Position numbers and translations under genes: made by a program. Shown here piece by piece: positions 18,490 through 28,035 of a DNA stretch of 55,789 bases. How positions within the stretch are numbered: the stretch's first letter is position 1; each line of letters starts with the position of its first letter. The notes below the pieces were generated by a model. It worked only from the letters and a program-made list of their open reading frames with translations. It made no database searches and was not told the DNA's origin. The stretch spans positions 1 through 55,789 of the IMG/VR virus record IMGVR_UViG_3300024259_000042. One strand, given 5' to 3'. Source of the DNA: a virus (lineage: Duplodnaviria; Caudoviricetes).

Positions 18490-19741
18490 AAGAATACCTA
18501 GTATAGAGGAACAAGATCATGATTATAAGAAATGGATATTAGATCAAGAATTCTCTAATATAGATGATGATAAGGTCAAATATACTATAATAGAGGAATT
18601 AAAGATACTTTCTCAAATGGATGTTAAAGAATACACATTATGGCAGAAGTATAATGAATTAAAAATAAAATATCCTATTGTTGATAACACTAATCTTTTC
18701 TTTCAGGGTGATAACACTAATTATTATCCTAAGTTAAATGAGTTAAAGAATAATATATGGATACCTGAATCCCCTGAAGATTATCTGAAATTGGAACCTG
18801 AACTCATATTAGCTAATGAACCATCACTTGTTAAGACTTGGAATACTTTAAGAGTGTTTATACATACCCAGCGTAATAATCCTAACATTGGCAGAAATAT
18901 GTTTTTTATAGTAAAGGATAAAATTACTGGGAAATTCTTAGGTCTTGTTTGTATTACAGGAGATTTTCTTGATTTAACTGTAAGGGATAAGTATATTGGA
19001 TGGACAAGAGAACAACGAACTGATGGTGGACGATTAAAATATACTTGTATAGGATCAACAATAGTGCCAACACAACCATTAGGATTTAATTTTGTTGGAG
19101 GTAAACTATTGGCATTGTTGGCTATTTCAAATGTTATTGAGGAACAATACAAAAAGAAATATGGAAATATAATAGCAGGTATAACCACAACAAGTTTATA
19201 TAGTTCATTTTCACAATATCAAAATTTAAGTTATTGGAATAAAAGGGGACACTCGGCGGGTTCCATTAGGTTTGAACCTTCCAAAAAAACTGTCCAACTG
19301 ATTAAAGATTGGATGAGATATAAACACCCTCGTAAGTATTGGGAATGGTGGGTTGCAACCCGTAAGAAAGGTTTAGAAAAAGGTAGTATGCCTTTAAAGA
19401 GAGATTATAAACAAAGAGCTTTATCATTCACATATAGTCAAATGAAGATACCTAAGGAATATATATCAACTAGTCACCAAAGAGGTATATACTTTTGTAG
19501 GTTATATGAGAATACCAATGAATTCCTTAGAGAGGAGATTGAAGAAAATAAACTTATAAAGAGATTTGATAATAGTGTGGAAGCATTGACTGATATATGG
19601 AAGGAGAAATATGCTAAGAAACGAATAACTAAGATGTTGAAGGAGGGTAAATATAATAAAAATACCCTATTTTATAATGATATGATTGGTAAATCCTGGG
19701 AAGAATGTAAAGAAATGTATTTAAGGGAGGTAGGTCGATGA
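18482..19741 (+). CDS. DUF4338/DruA-like protein
   Basis: RDKYIGW, PTQPLGFNFVGGKLLALLA, ITTTSLY, SQY. Confidence 0.6.
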   Translation: MSERIPSIEEQDHDYKKWILDQEFSNIDDDKVKYTIIEELKILSQMDVKEYTLWQKYNELKIKYPIVDNTNLFFQGDNTNYYPKLNELKNNIWIPESPEDYLKLEPELILANEPSLVKTWNTLRVFIHTQRNNPNIGRNMFFIVKDKITGKFLGLVCITGDFLDLTVRDKYIGWTREQRTDGGRLKYTCIGSTIVPTQPLGFNFVGGKLLALLAISNVIEEQYKKKYGNIIAGITTTSLYSSFSQYQNLSYWNKRGHSAGSIRFEPSKKTVQLIKDWMRYKHPRKYWEWWVATRKKGLEKGSMPLKRDYKQRALSFTYSQMKIPKEYISTSHQRGIYFCRLYENTNEFLREEIEENKLIKRFDNSVEALTDIWKEKYAKKRITKMLKEGKYNKNTLFYNDMIGKSWEECKEMYLREVGR

Positions 19742-20268
19742 AATCAAAAGGATTGAAAAGAGAGAATATTTTAAACTCAATCATAGCAACACTTAAACAT
19801 AATGATATTTATAATACAATTGATTACAGAAATCAGAAGGAAGATAAGATCAAACAATTTTTGTATCCTCATTTACTGGATACTGTTACAAATTTATATA
19901 AAAAGCATAGTGATATTAGTGATAAAACTGCAAGAAAAAATGCTAAAGAAAGTTTGTTATGGGAGGGTAATGTTAATACCACTGTATCTAATAGACTGTT
20001 TATGGGCACTAACCATAGACCCGATTTTGTTGTGGAATTCAAAGGGTTAAGTATTGCTATTGAAATTAAGAGGGGTAGTAAGGGTTCAAGTCTAAGGGAA
20101 TCCATTGGTCAATCTCAAGTCTATAGTAATCTATATGATTTCACAATCTCTTTATTTATTGATACAAGTAAGGATAAGAGAATTCTAAATGCTAGCACAA
20201 GTAATGAGGAGAAAAAATTCATTAAAAAGTTATGGGCTAAGAATAATGTGAGGTTTGAGGTTGTGTAA
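19738..20268 (+). CDS. PD-(D/E)xK restriction-endonuclease-like nuclease
   Basis: HRPDFVV...AIEIKRG...IGQSQVY. Confidence 0.65.
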   Translation: MKSKGLKRENILNSIIATLKHNDIYNTIDYRNQKEDKIKQFLYPHLLDTVTNLYKKHSDISDKTARKNAKESLLWEGNVNTTVSNRLFMGTNHRPDFVVEFKGLSIAIEIKRGSKGSSLRESIGQSQVYSNLYDFTISLFIDTSKDKRILNASTSNEEKKFIKKLWAKNNVRFEVV

Positions 20269-20567
20269 TGAAATTAAGACTGAAAACCATAGAAGCATTG
20301 AAGAAGGAATTTGACTGTTCTGTTCATGGTTGGGGAATGAGACTGAAAAATTGTAATGGTATAGGTATTGTTAATGAAATGTATTGGATGTTTGATGGTA
20401 AAGAAAGATATGTTGAAGCTGACGATAGAGGAAACTCTTGGTATATACTTATAAGACATGATAAAACACGAAATAAAGATGAATGGCAAATCCATAAAAA
20501 GTGGATAGACAATTCCATACCTATATGTTATACTGAGATTGATAATATGTTTAAGGAACCACTATGA
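20268..20567 (+). CDS. Hypothetical protein, tandem paralogue A
   Basis: Shares termini with 20564-20857. Confidence 0.65.
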   Translation: MKLRLKTIEALKKEFDCSVHGWGMRLKNCNGIGIVNEMYWMFDGKERYVEADDRGNSWYILIRHDKTRNKDEWQIHKKWIDNSIPICYTEIDNMFKEPL

Positions 20568-20857
20568 AAATGAGATTTAAAACAATTAAAGCATTGAAAA
20601 AGGAATTAGGTATACGAGAAGAGTATTCTGGTATTTTGGTTTTTAAAGGTCAGGATTATGGTATAATTAATGAAATGCTTTGGTTATTTAATGGAGAAGA
20701 ACATGAAGTGGAAATCCTCGGAAATGGTCCAGTTGGTTACATGGAAATATTTATAAGATCATCTGGTGATACATACCATTTTCATAAGAATTGGATAGAC
20801 AACTCACCACAAGTATGTTATAATGATATAGATACTTTGTTTAAGGAACCACTATAA
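20564..20857 (+). CDS. Hypothetical protein, tandem paralogue B
   Basis: KTI.ALKKE, GI.NEM.W.F.G, HK.WIDNS...CY..ID..FKEPL shared with paralogue A. Confidence 0.65.
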   Translation: MKMRFKTIKALKKELGIREEYSGILVFKGQDYGIINEMLWLFNGEEHEVEILGNGPVGYMEIFIRSSGDTYHFHKNWIDNSPQVCYNDIDTLFKEPL

Positions 20858-20869
20858 GGAGGCTATAGA

Positions 20870-23404
20870 TTGTTTATAAATTCATTTTACGAATCCAAGA
20901 ACTCCATTATGCATATTTGGGGTCAGAAGGATAATGAGAATTACCACACTAAAACTCCTTGGACTCCTTATGTGTATATTGAGGCACCCACAGGTAAAGT
21001 TCATACCATAGAAGGAAAGTCAGCCACAAAAAGAGAATTTCCTAACTATAATGATTACTATGGTTTCTGTAAGAATTTCCATGATAATATATTAGAAGAT
21101 AAGGTAAGACCTGAAATACAATACCTTACTGAGAAATATCATGACATTCCCGATAAGGACATACCCACCCCTAAACTTAAAATATATTATATAGATATCG
21201 AAGTTCATAGTGAGAAGGGGTTTCCTCATGCTTATTTGGCTGAACATCCTGTATGTTTAATAACAATAAGGAACAGTCTTAACAGTAAAAACATAACATT
21301 TGGAGAGAAGGAATACAATGGTGATAGTGACACCATATACATACAATGTAAAGATGAAAAGGAATTATTAAGAAAGTTCTTTAGTTATATGAACAAGTAT
21401 CCACCTGATGTCTTTTCTGGATGGAATGTATGGGGATTTGATATACCATACTTGATTAATCGGGATAAGAAGATTAATAAAGGTAAGTATTACAAGGGTT
21501 TATCACCTATCAATATCGTAAGAACCTGGAACAGTAAAAAGGATAATAGTTTAAATGTTGATATAGCAGGTGTTGTTATACTTGACTATATGGATATATA
21601 TAAGTGGTATAGCCCTAACAATCTTGAACGATACAGTTTAGAATATGTTTCACAGTTTGAATTGGGTGAAGGAAAGTTAGATTATTCAGAGGATGCGGAG
21701 GATTTAAGGGAATTATATTACACTAATTGGGATAAGTATGTTGATTATAATATAATAGATTGTAAGAGGGTACATGACCTGGGTATAAAGCTAGGATATA
21801 TTAGACTTATCCAATCAATCTCATTATTAACAAGAGTTCCCATGCGTTATTACAATACAATGACTAATTTAATAGAAGGGTTACTATTAGTTCATTACAG
21901 AAGGAATAATTTATGTGCTCCCCAACTGATAGGGGGTACACAAGAGAAATTTGAAGCTGCATATGTAAAGGAACCACAAAAAGGAATGTGGAAGTGGTTA
22001 TTTTCTGTTGATATTCAAAGTTCATATCCTAGTCATATCATCACATTAAATATGAGTACGGAGACCTACTACGGTAGGATAATGAACTTAACAGAAGATA
22101 GAATTATTGAATGTATGAAAACCCAAGAATATCCACCTTTTAGACTGTTAAAGAATACTGGCCCTGTTAATATAAAGGGTAAGAGTTTAGAAGGTTTTAA
22201 TAAAGCAATGAAAAGGAAATTATTTTCTATTGCTCCTTGTGGTACATTATTCATTAATGGTAAAAATGGTGTTATATCAACTGTTGAGAGAAATATATTT
22301 GAGAAACGAATTGAGATTAAGAAATTAAAAAGTCAATCAGAGGGAGAGGAAAAGCAACGATATCATACATTTCAATGGGCATTAAAGATTCTATTAAATG
22401 CGGTCTTTGGTATAACGGCAGTTCCCTATTCCAGGTATTTTAATGTTGATATAGCAGAAGCAATAACAAGTTGTGGCAGATATACTATTAAATCTGGTGT
22501 GAAATACACTAATGAATTAATGAATGAGTCTGCTGGTACTGATAAGGATTATGTTATATATGGTGATACTGATAGTTGTTATATTGCAGTTGATGAATGG
22601 ATGAATGATGTATCAGAAGAATGGAAAGATAAGGATGATGCTGGTAAGATTGAATTGATTAAAGAAACCTCTGATAGAGTATTACACTATATAAATGAAG
22701 AGACTTATAATACTGTTCAATTAGAAATGTATAACTCAATCGTAGAGGATTTTCGTATAAAGTTTGCTAAGGAGAAGATTGCCAAGTCAGGGTTATTTGT
22801 AGCAAAGAAGAAATATTGCACAAGATCATTATGGATTGAAGGGGATTATGTTGATAAGATTTCTATAACTGGCTTGGAGGTAGTAAGGGGTGATAGTAGT
22901 GAAGCAATTAGACATCGTTTAAAGGATATTATGTATATGATTCTAAAGGACTTACCTGAGGATGATATACAAAAGAAGATTGGTAAATATAAGAAGGAAT
23001 TGATGAAGGTACATCCAATGGATCTAGCCGCTAATATAGGTGTATCAAATATTTACAAATGGATATCTAAGGATGGAAACGCTATTAAAGGTACACCATG
23101 GCATGTTAAAGGTGTTATCAATTATACGAAACTGTTAAAGACATTAGACATAGAAGATAAATATGAAGAAATAACTGAAGGTGCCAAGGTAAAGGTAGTG
23201 TATATAAAGCCTAATCCATATAACATGGAAACAATTTCCTTTTACAAATGGCCTAAAGAGTTTGAAGATGTCATACAAGTGGATATGAGTAAAATGATTG
23301 ACAAATTCTTTTTGAATAAGGTTGGCATACTATTAGAACCCATGAATAAAATGTATATGTTATCAATGGAATCAGAGGAAGTACTGGGACTATTCTTTTC
23401 ATAG
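20870..23404 (+). CDS. 43: Family B DNA polymerase (T4 gp43-like)
   Basis: Exonuclease DIE, GWN..GFDIPY, YN..D; polymerase D..S.YPS, K...N..FG, YGDTDS, KKKY; TTG start after GGAGG. Confidence 0.95.
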   Translation: MFINSFYESKNSIMHIWGQKDNENYHTKTPWTPYVYIEAPTGKVHTIEGKSATKREFPNYNDYYGFCKNFHDNILEDKVRPEIQYLTEKYHDIPDKDIPTPKLKIYYIDIEVHSEKGFPHAYLAEHPVCLITIRNSLNSKNITFGEKEYNGDSDTIYIQCKDEKELLRKFFSYMNKYPPDVFSGWNVWGFDIPYLINRDKKINKGKYYKGLSPINIVRTWNSKKDNSLNVDIAGVVILDYMDIYKWYSPNNLERYSLEYVSQFELGEGKLDYSEDAEDLRELYYTNWDKYVDYNIIDCKRVHDLGIKLGYIRLIQSISLLTRVPMRYYNTMTNLIEGLLLVHYRRNNLCAPQLIGGTQEKFEAAYVKEPQKGMWKWLFSVDIQSSYPSHIITLNMSTETYYGRIMNLTEDRIIECMKTQEYPPFRLLKNTGPVNIKGKSLEGFNKAMKRKLFSIAPCGTLFINGKNGVISTVERNIFEKRIEIKKLKSQSEGEEKQRYHTFQWALKILLNAVFGITAVPYSRYFNVDIAEAITSCGRYTIKSGVKYTNELMNESAGTDKDYVIYGDTDSCYIAVDEWMNDVSEEWKDKDDAGKIELIKETSDRVLHYINEETYNTVQLEMYNSIVEDFRIKFAKEKIAKSGLFVAKKKYCTRSLWIEGDYVDKISITGLEVVRGDSSEAIRHRLKDIMYMILKDLPEDDIQKKIGKYKKELMKVHPMDLAANIGVSNIYKWISKDGNAIKGTPWHVKGVINYTKLLKTLDIEDKYEEITEGAKVKVVYIKPNPYNMETISFYKWPKEFEDVIQVDMSKMIDKFFLNKVGILLEPMNKMYMLSMESEEVLGLFFS

Positions 23405-23408
23405 AATG

Positions 23409-23437
23409 TTTACATATGGATATTAATGTGTTATAAT
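23409..23437 (+). promoter_or_regulatory. Early promoter
   Basis: TTTACA-N17-TATAAT with TGn. Confidence 0.75.
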
Positions 23438-23473
23438 AAAGGACAAATAAACCATTGTGAAAGGAAATAATAC

Positions 23474-24055
23474 ATGAAAAAGAGTGATGTTCTACTGGCA
23501 TTGGATAAGGATAAAGGTAAGGATAATAATCTTTCAACGAATGATAAGGATAGATTTATCTACTTGAGTGGATTCATTGAGGAAGAAAAAGCAAAGGATA
23601 TTATTGAACGATTACTTGAGTTACAGAATAATGATCCTTTGGATGAAATCACTATAATCATCAACTGTATGGGCGGTGAAATCTATTCTATGTTTGCCAT
23701 TACTGATATGATGGATATTATGCATGCACCTATTAGAACTGTTTGTTTAGGTACCGCAATGTCTGCTGCGCAATTCATTTTTACTTGTGGTACACCAGGT
23801 AAACGATATATGACTAAACATTCAAGTCTTATGATGCATCAAGTAAGTGGTGCTGCTGGTGGAACTGTTAAAGATGTTGATACACAAGTGGATGAAATGA
23901 GATATCTTCAAAAAGAAATGATTAAGGAAATTTCAAATAGAAGTGAACTTACAGTTGAAGAGATTAAAAAGTTTATTGATAGGGATTTTTATATAAGACC
24001 TGAACAGGCTATTGAGTTTGGTCTATGTGATGGTATTATAGGAAGGTTAATCTAA
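23474..24055 (+). CDS. clpP: ClpP-family protease subunit
   Basis: INCMGG, GTAMSAA (Ser), MMHQ (His), RDFY..PEQAIEFGL.D (Asp). Confidence 0.9.
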   Translation: MKKSDVLLALDKDKGKDNNLSTNDKDRFIYLSGFIEEEKAKDIIERLLELQNNDPLDEITIIINCMGGEIYSMFAITDMMDIMHAPIRTVCLGTAMSAAQFIFTCGTPGKRYMTKHSSLMMHQVSGAAGGTVKDVDTQVDEMRYLQKEMIKEISNRSELTVEEIKKFIDRDFYIRPEQAIEFGLCDGIIGRLI

Positions 24056-24258
24056 TGTTAGTTATTAAACCGTTTGTTAATTATAGAAGTATTGATGATG
24101 AAATCTGGATCCATAATACTGGATTAGAGACTAATGATATTTATGAATATAAAATTAGAAAACCAGAAGGTTATGAGCATCTTGTTATATATCATAAAAG
24201 AACTGATGGATGGAGAGTTTTAACTGAAAAAGCATTAAGGATATTGAACAATGGATAA
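24055..24258 (+). CDS. Hypothetical protein
   Basis: TAATG-coupled ORF. Confidence 0.55.
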   Translation: MLVIKPFVNYRSIDDEIWIHNTGLETNDIYEYKIRKPEGYEHLVIYHKRTDGWRVLTEKALRILNNG

Positions 24259-24652
24259 TGATAACTTGAGAAAAATGTTTCATTTATTATGTAATGGAAA
24301 TGAACTTAAAATTGAGAGTTTATTAACCTTATATGATGAGTATTATCATGCTGGATATGAAGAGGGCATTGATGCTGGCTATAAGAAATTAATGGAAGAG
24401 GAAAGATATGATGAAAATAATGAAGCCGGACAAGATGCTGCATATGATGAGGGTTTAGAGGAAGGAAGAGAAGAAGGCTTTAATAATGGTTATGAATCAG
24501 GATTAGATCAAGGATATCAAAATGGCTTGGAAGAGAGTCAAGATGGAATATTTAATAATGGCAAGGTAGAGGGATATGAGGAAGGACGAGAAGATGGATA
24601 TAATAATGGATATGAAGATGGACAAAGAGAAGCCGGAGAAATCAGTTTATAG
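24251..24652 (+). CDS. Acidic GxxxG-repeat protein
   Basis: Repeated GYEEG/GYNNG/GREEG. Confidence 0.6.
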   Translation: MDNDNLRKMFHLLCNGNELKIESLLTLYDEYYHAGYEEGIDAGYKKLMEEERYDENNEAGQDAAYDEGLEEGREEGFNNGYESGLDQGYQNGLEESQDGIFNNGKVEGYEEGREDGYNNGYEDGQREAGEISL

Positions 24653-24830
24653 TAATTTTATAAGGGATTGTATAAACAATAAACTTCCAATGGATAAAGT
24701 TATGAAAACTGAAATAGAGTTTTTACTTAAAACATATTCAATGGAAAGGTTTATAGATATAATGGTATATGATTTTATACCATCATTACATCATGAAGCC
24801 AATAGTATAAAGGAGAATAATGATAGATAA
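24609..24830 (+). CDS. Hypothetical protein
   Basis: Overlaps both neighbours; start uncertain. Confidence 0.4.
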   Translation, partial: DMKMDKEKPEKSVYSNFIRDCINNKLPMDKVMKTEIEFLLKTYSMERFIDIMVYDFIPSLHHEANSIKENNDR

Positions 24831-25416
24831 TACATATAAAGTAGCAATAATTATATTAATTATTATGGGATTACTTAGTGCTATAGGTTTAATCTATAGT
24901 GATTCACAACAACCAGAAAAAGTAATAGTAGATGAAGTGGTAAAGATTGAAGAAGTTAAAGAGGTTGAGAAGGTAGTTGAAGTTAAACAATTACCTAAAT
25001 CAAGTGAAACAGTATCTATGATAATGGGACTGAATCCTAAAGTAGATAAGCAAGTAGCTGGAATTATTGCTAGTTCAGTAGAGAAGTATTCTAAGCAATA
25101 TAGCTTGTCTATACCATTAGTACTAGCATTGATGAATAAAGAGAGTGGTTTCAGACCAATTGTAACAAGTAAAGCTCTTTGTGTTGGATTAATGCAAATC
25201 AATCCTAAATCACATCCAGAGAAGATAAAAGGATATAAACACAGTGAATTATATCATATTGATGTGAATGTTAGTATTGGATGTCAGATATTGAGGGAGT
25301 ATTTGGACAAAAAGAAAACCATTAAAGGTGCTCTCCAGAGTTATCTAGGAGCACACAATAATAGTTATATGATGGATATACTGTCTACTACGGTTGAATT
25401 AGGTATTAAGAACTAG
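24820..25416 (+). CDS. Membrane-anchored lytic transglycosylase (SLT domain)
   Basis: N-terminal TM; ALMNKESGF, GLMQIN, NVSIG..IL..YL. Confidence 0.85.
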   Translation: MIDNTYKVAIIILIIMGLLSAIGLIYSDSQQPEKVIVDEVVKIEEVKEVEKVVEVKQLPKSSETVSMIMGLNPKVDKQVAGIIASSVEKYSKQYSLSIPLVLALMNKESGFRPIVTSKALCVGLMQINPKSHPEKIKGYKHSELYHIDVNVSIGCQILREYLDKKKTIKGALQSYLGAHNNSYMMDILSTTVELGIKN

Positions 25417-25475
25417 GACATAATTAAAGAAAATAGATATAAGCAATATAAAATGAATGTTACTATGTATCTCAT

Positions 25476-25766
25476 TTAGTATTTTTTTTCAATAATAGCG
25501 TCAATAATAATTTCAATATTATGACCTAAACTTTCTTCACCCATTTTTTGAACCCAATAGTAAATCTGATATTTAACATCTTCCATTTCATTTTCAGTTA
25601 TATCATTAGACATACTTATAGCCTTTTTACCTATTGTATCAAAAAGATCAGCACGAAGTTTCTTGGTTTTAACCATATAACCTTTAACCATCTTTTTAAT
25701 GGAGGCTACATCAGAACTAACATTCCTTTCTTCATCTAATATATATTTACCCAGTTTACTTTTCAA
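25476..25766 (-). CDS. Small tagged protein
   Basis: MKSKLGKYILDE after GGAGG. Confidence 0.6.
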   Translation of the reverse strand: MKSKLGKYILDEERNVSSDVASIKKMVKGYMVKTKKLRADLFDTIGKKAISMSNDITENEMEDVKYQIYYWVQKMGEESLGHNIEIIIDAIIEKKY

Positions 25767-26196
25767 GTTCTTCCTCCTTCTTTTTATCTTGTTCAGTATC
25801 CACTACATCCCTTACATCTTCTTCATCACCATCTTTTGCTTCCTCTGGTTTCTCATCAAAAGGTTGCCCTTTAGCATGCGCTCTTGTTTGAGGAATAATA
25901 CTTGCTTTCTTACCTATAACCTGAACTATTTGTCTAAGAGCTAATACATATTCACCTTGTTCTTTCTCCATATTAGCAAGCATAAGACCGATTTTATATT
26001 GAAATGAAGGATTATCTTCTATTTTATCAATCTCAGATTCAATCATTTCAACGAAGGTATCCATATGATCGTCTAATTTGATTAATTCCTTTTTTAATAC
26101 AACCTTGGATTTCTTACGAGTAGCATCTTCTGCTTTAACCTTCTTCTTCTCATCATCCGTCATATCCATTTCATTCATAAAATCTTGTAATCTCAT
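25756..26196 (-). CDS. Tagged acidic helical protein
   Basis: MRLQDFMNE. Confidence 0.65.
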   Translation of the reverse strand: MRLQDFMNEMDMTDDEKKKVKAEDATRKKSKVVLKKELIKLDDHMDTFVEMIESEIDKIEDNPSFQYKIGLMLANMEKEQGEYVLALRQIVQVIGKKASIIPQTRAHAKGQPFDEKPEEAKDGDEEDVRDVVDTEQDKKKEEELEK

Positions 26197-26200
26197 TGTA

Positions 26201-26455
26201 TCATTCCCCTTTAAGAATATCTATTGTTGGTATAATCTCTTTAAACATAATATTCTTTTTAGTTTTCTTATTATATTTAACATTATAATTATCCTCTTTC
26301 AATTGAGTGATAATTACCTTAGTGTTATTTATATTAAACTGTAAACTTTTGCCTAAAGCAGCAACATCCTTTGCATTCCATCTATCAAAACATTGTGGAT
26401 CTATTGATCTTAAACCATTCATTATTTCTAACCCTACAGATTTTGGTATTTTCAT
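26201..26455 (-). CDS. Hypothetical protein
   Basis: AAGGAG SD before MKIPKSVG. Confidence 0.55.
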   Translation of the reverse strand: MKIPKSVGLEIMNGLRSIDPQCFDRWNAKDVAALGKSLQFNINNTKVIITQLKEDNYNVKYNKKTKKNIMFKEIIPTIDILKGE

Positions 26456-26465
26456 TAGTTTCTCC

Positions 26466-27770
26466 TTATATATCATCCCACAAGTCAGGTGAATCTCCTT
26501 CATCATGGAAATTACCCTTTCTATCACGACCACCTTTCCATTTGCCTAATATCCATTTACCACCTTGCCAGAGTCCACCATCAAAAACCCCACCTTCCCA
26601 TCTTCCATCCTTCCAAACACCACCTTTAAAGGTTCCATCTTCAAATGTTCCATCCCACCAGATTCCATCTTTCCACTCACCATCTTTCCACTCACCATCA
26701 AACCATTCACCTTTTTCCCATGTTCCATTATGCCATAAACCATTATCCCATTGACCATCTTGCCAGATGCCATCTTTCCAAACACCATAATACCAATTAC
26801 CATTCACCCATGTACCATTATGCCAGATACCTTCATCCCAAGTGCCATCATGCCAGATACCTTGAAAATGTTCACCATCTTCCCACTCACCATCATTCCA
26901 TTCACCATTTAACCAATTACCATTACGCCATCTACCATTGTTCCATATTCCTCGTATCCATTGACCATCTTTCCATACACCATCTTGCCAGACTCCATTC
27001 ATCCATGTTCCTTTATGCCATACACCATTCATCCACATTCCATCTAGCCATACACCATCACGCCATATACCATCTTGCCATTTTACGAATTCATCATTAG
27101 CGACATCATATACCGCATCAATGGTTTTTGCTTTATCAACAAATGAAGGTTTACGACCAAAATGTTTTTTATGTATTTCACTATATAACCTTTCCATTTT
27201 ACTATTATTTAATTTATTGATATTAAGGTCTGGTATATCATTAACAGCTTTATCATTAGAATCAAACATTTCATACATACCACTTGCATCAGGATATACA
27301 GCAACAGCATATTTGGTATCAGTACCTATAAGATATATAAGGGTTACGCCTCTATCTAATACATAATCATCCCAATATTGTTGGTCTTTTTGGTAGGCTG
27401 TGCACCATCTACCTTCACATCCACCTATATCCTTTGATGCTATGAATTTTGATGCTTCCCAAGATAAAGGTATATAAGCGTTATAATTTTTTGAAACATT
27501 TTTCAATTCTATATAATCCTTATTTTTCTTGAGTCCTTTGATGCCTTGCTTTTTAACACCTTTACTTATAGACCTTTTAGAACGATAATCTAATACTGAC
27601 TTGAAATCACTAAAAGTAAGTTTTTTATTATTCCAATCAATCATCGCTTCAAGTTTGGGATTATTAGAGGAGAATAGAGGCATAAGGATATCTTTCTCTT
27701 CCTTGGAAAGATTCTTTAATCTCTTTATAATATGGTCTTTCTTCTCTAGTAGGTAGTGTTGGAATCTCAT
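26466..27770 (-). CDS. Tagged protein with about 35 WxxGx pentapeptide repeats
   Basis: MRFQHYLLE; RWCTAY domain, then (W-x-D/N-G-x)n. Confidence 0.75.
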   Translation of the reverse strand: MRFQHYLLEKKDHIIKRLKNLSKEEKDILMPLFSSNNPKLEAMIDWNNKKLTFSDFKSVLDYRSKRSISKGVKKQGIKGLKKNKDYIELKNVSKNYNAYIPLSWEASKFIASKDIGGCEGRWCTAYQKDQQYWDDYVLDRGVTLIYLIGTDTKYAVAVYPDASGMYEMFDSNDKAVNDIPDLNINKLNNSKMERLYSEIHKKHFGRKPSFVDKAKTIDAVYDVANDEFVKWQDGIWRDGVWLDGMWMNGVWHKGTWMNGVWQDGVWKDGQWIRGIWNNGRWRNGNWLNGEWNDGEWEDGEHFQGIWHDGTWDEGIWHNGTWVNGNWYYGVWKDGIWQDGQWDNGLWHNGTWEKGEWFDGEWKDGEWKDGIWWDGTFEDGTFKGGVWKDGRWEGGVFDGGLWQGGKWILGKWKGGRDRKGNFHDEGDSPDLWDDI

Positions 27771-28031
27771 TTATTTCCAGCCTTTTAATTCTTTATCTAA
27801 TACTCCTTCAACCCATTTCTTTGCTTCAATTCTTTTTGGATCATTTGAATTGCCAAAGAATGTATTAGCTAAATCTGTACGAATTACTTCACTGCTATGT
27901 CCATATTCTTTTCCGCCTTTTACAACAGCTTTTACTAAAAGTTTTATAGCAGTTCTTTTGATGATACCTAAACCACCCTTATCTTTACCTTCACTAACCA
28001 AATACTTATCAATCTTTTCATTAATATCCAT
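27771..28031 (-). CDS. Small protein with tag variant
   Basis: MDINEKIDKYLVSE. Confidence 0.6.
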   Translation of the reverse strand: MDINEKIDKYLVSEGKDKGGLGIIKRTAIKLLVKAVVKGGKEYGHSSEVIRTDLANTFFGNSNDPKRIEAKKWVEGVLDKELKGWK

Positions 28032-28035
28032 TTTA

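Noticed and set aside
18482-19741. Complete Druantia defence system
   Set aside because: Only a DruA-like gene is present; no DruE helicase or other dru genes nearby
15582-23404. Inteins or introns in the helicase or polymerase
   Set aside because: Lengths are normal and motifs are contiguous
24251-24652. Flagellar FliH
   Set aside because: Only the low-complexity GxxxG repeat matches; no FliH C-terminal domain or flagellar context
26371-27100. Overlapping His/Pro-rich ORFs opposite or within the WxxGx gene, and similar shadow ORFs (e.g. 30658-30963, 46633-47184, 55324-55773)
   Set aside because: Antisense or off-frame shadows of repetitive real genes, lacking SD sequences or motifs
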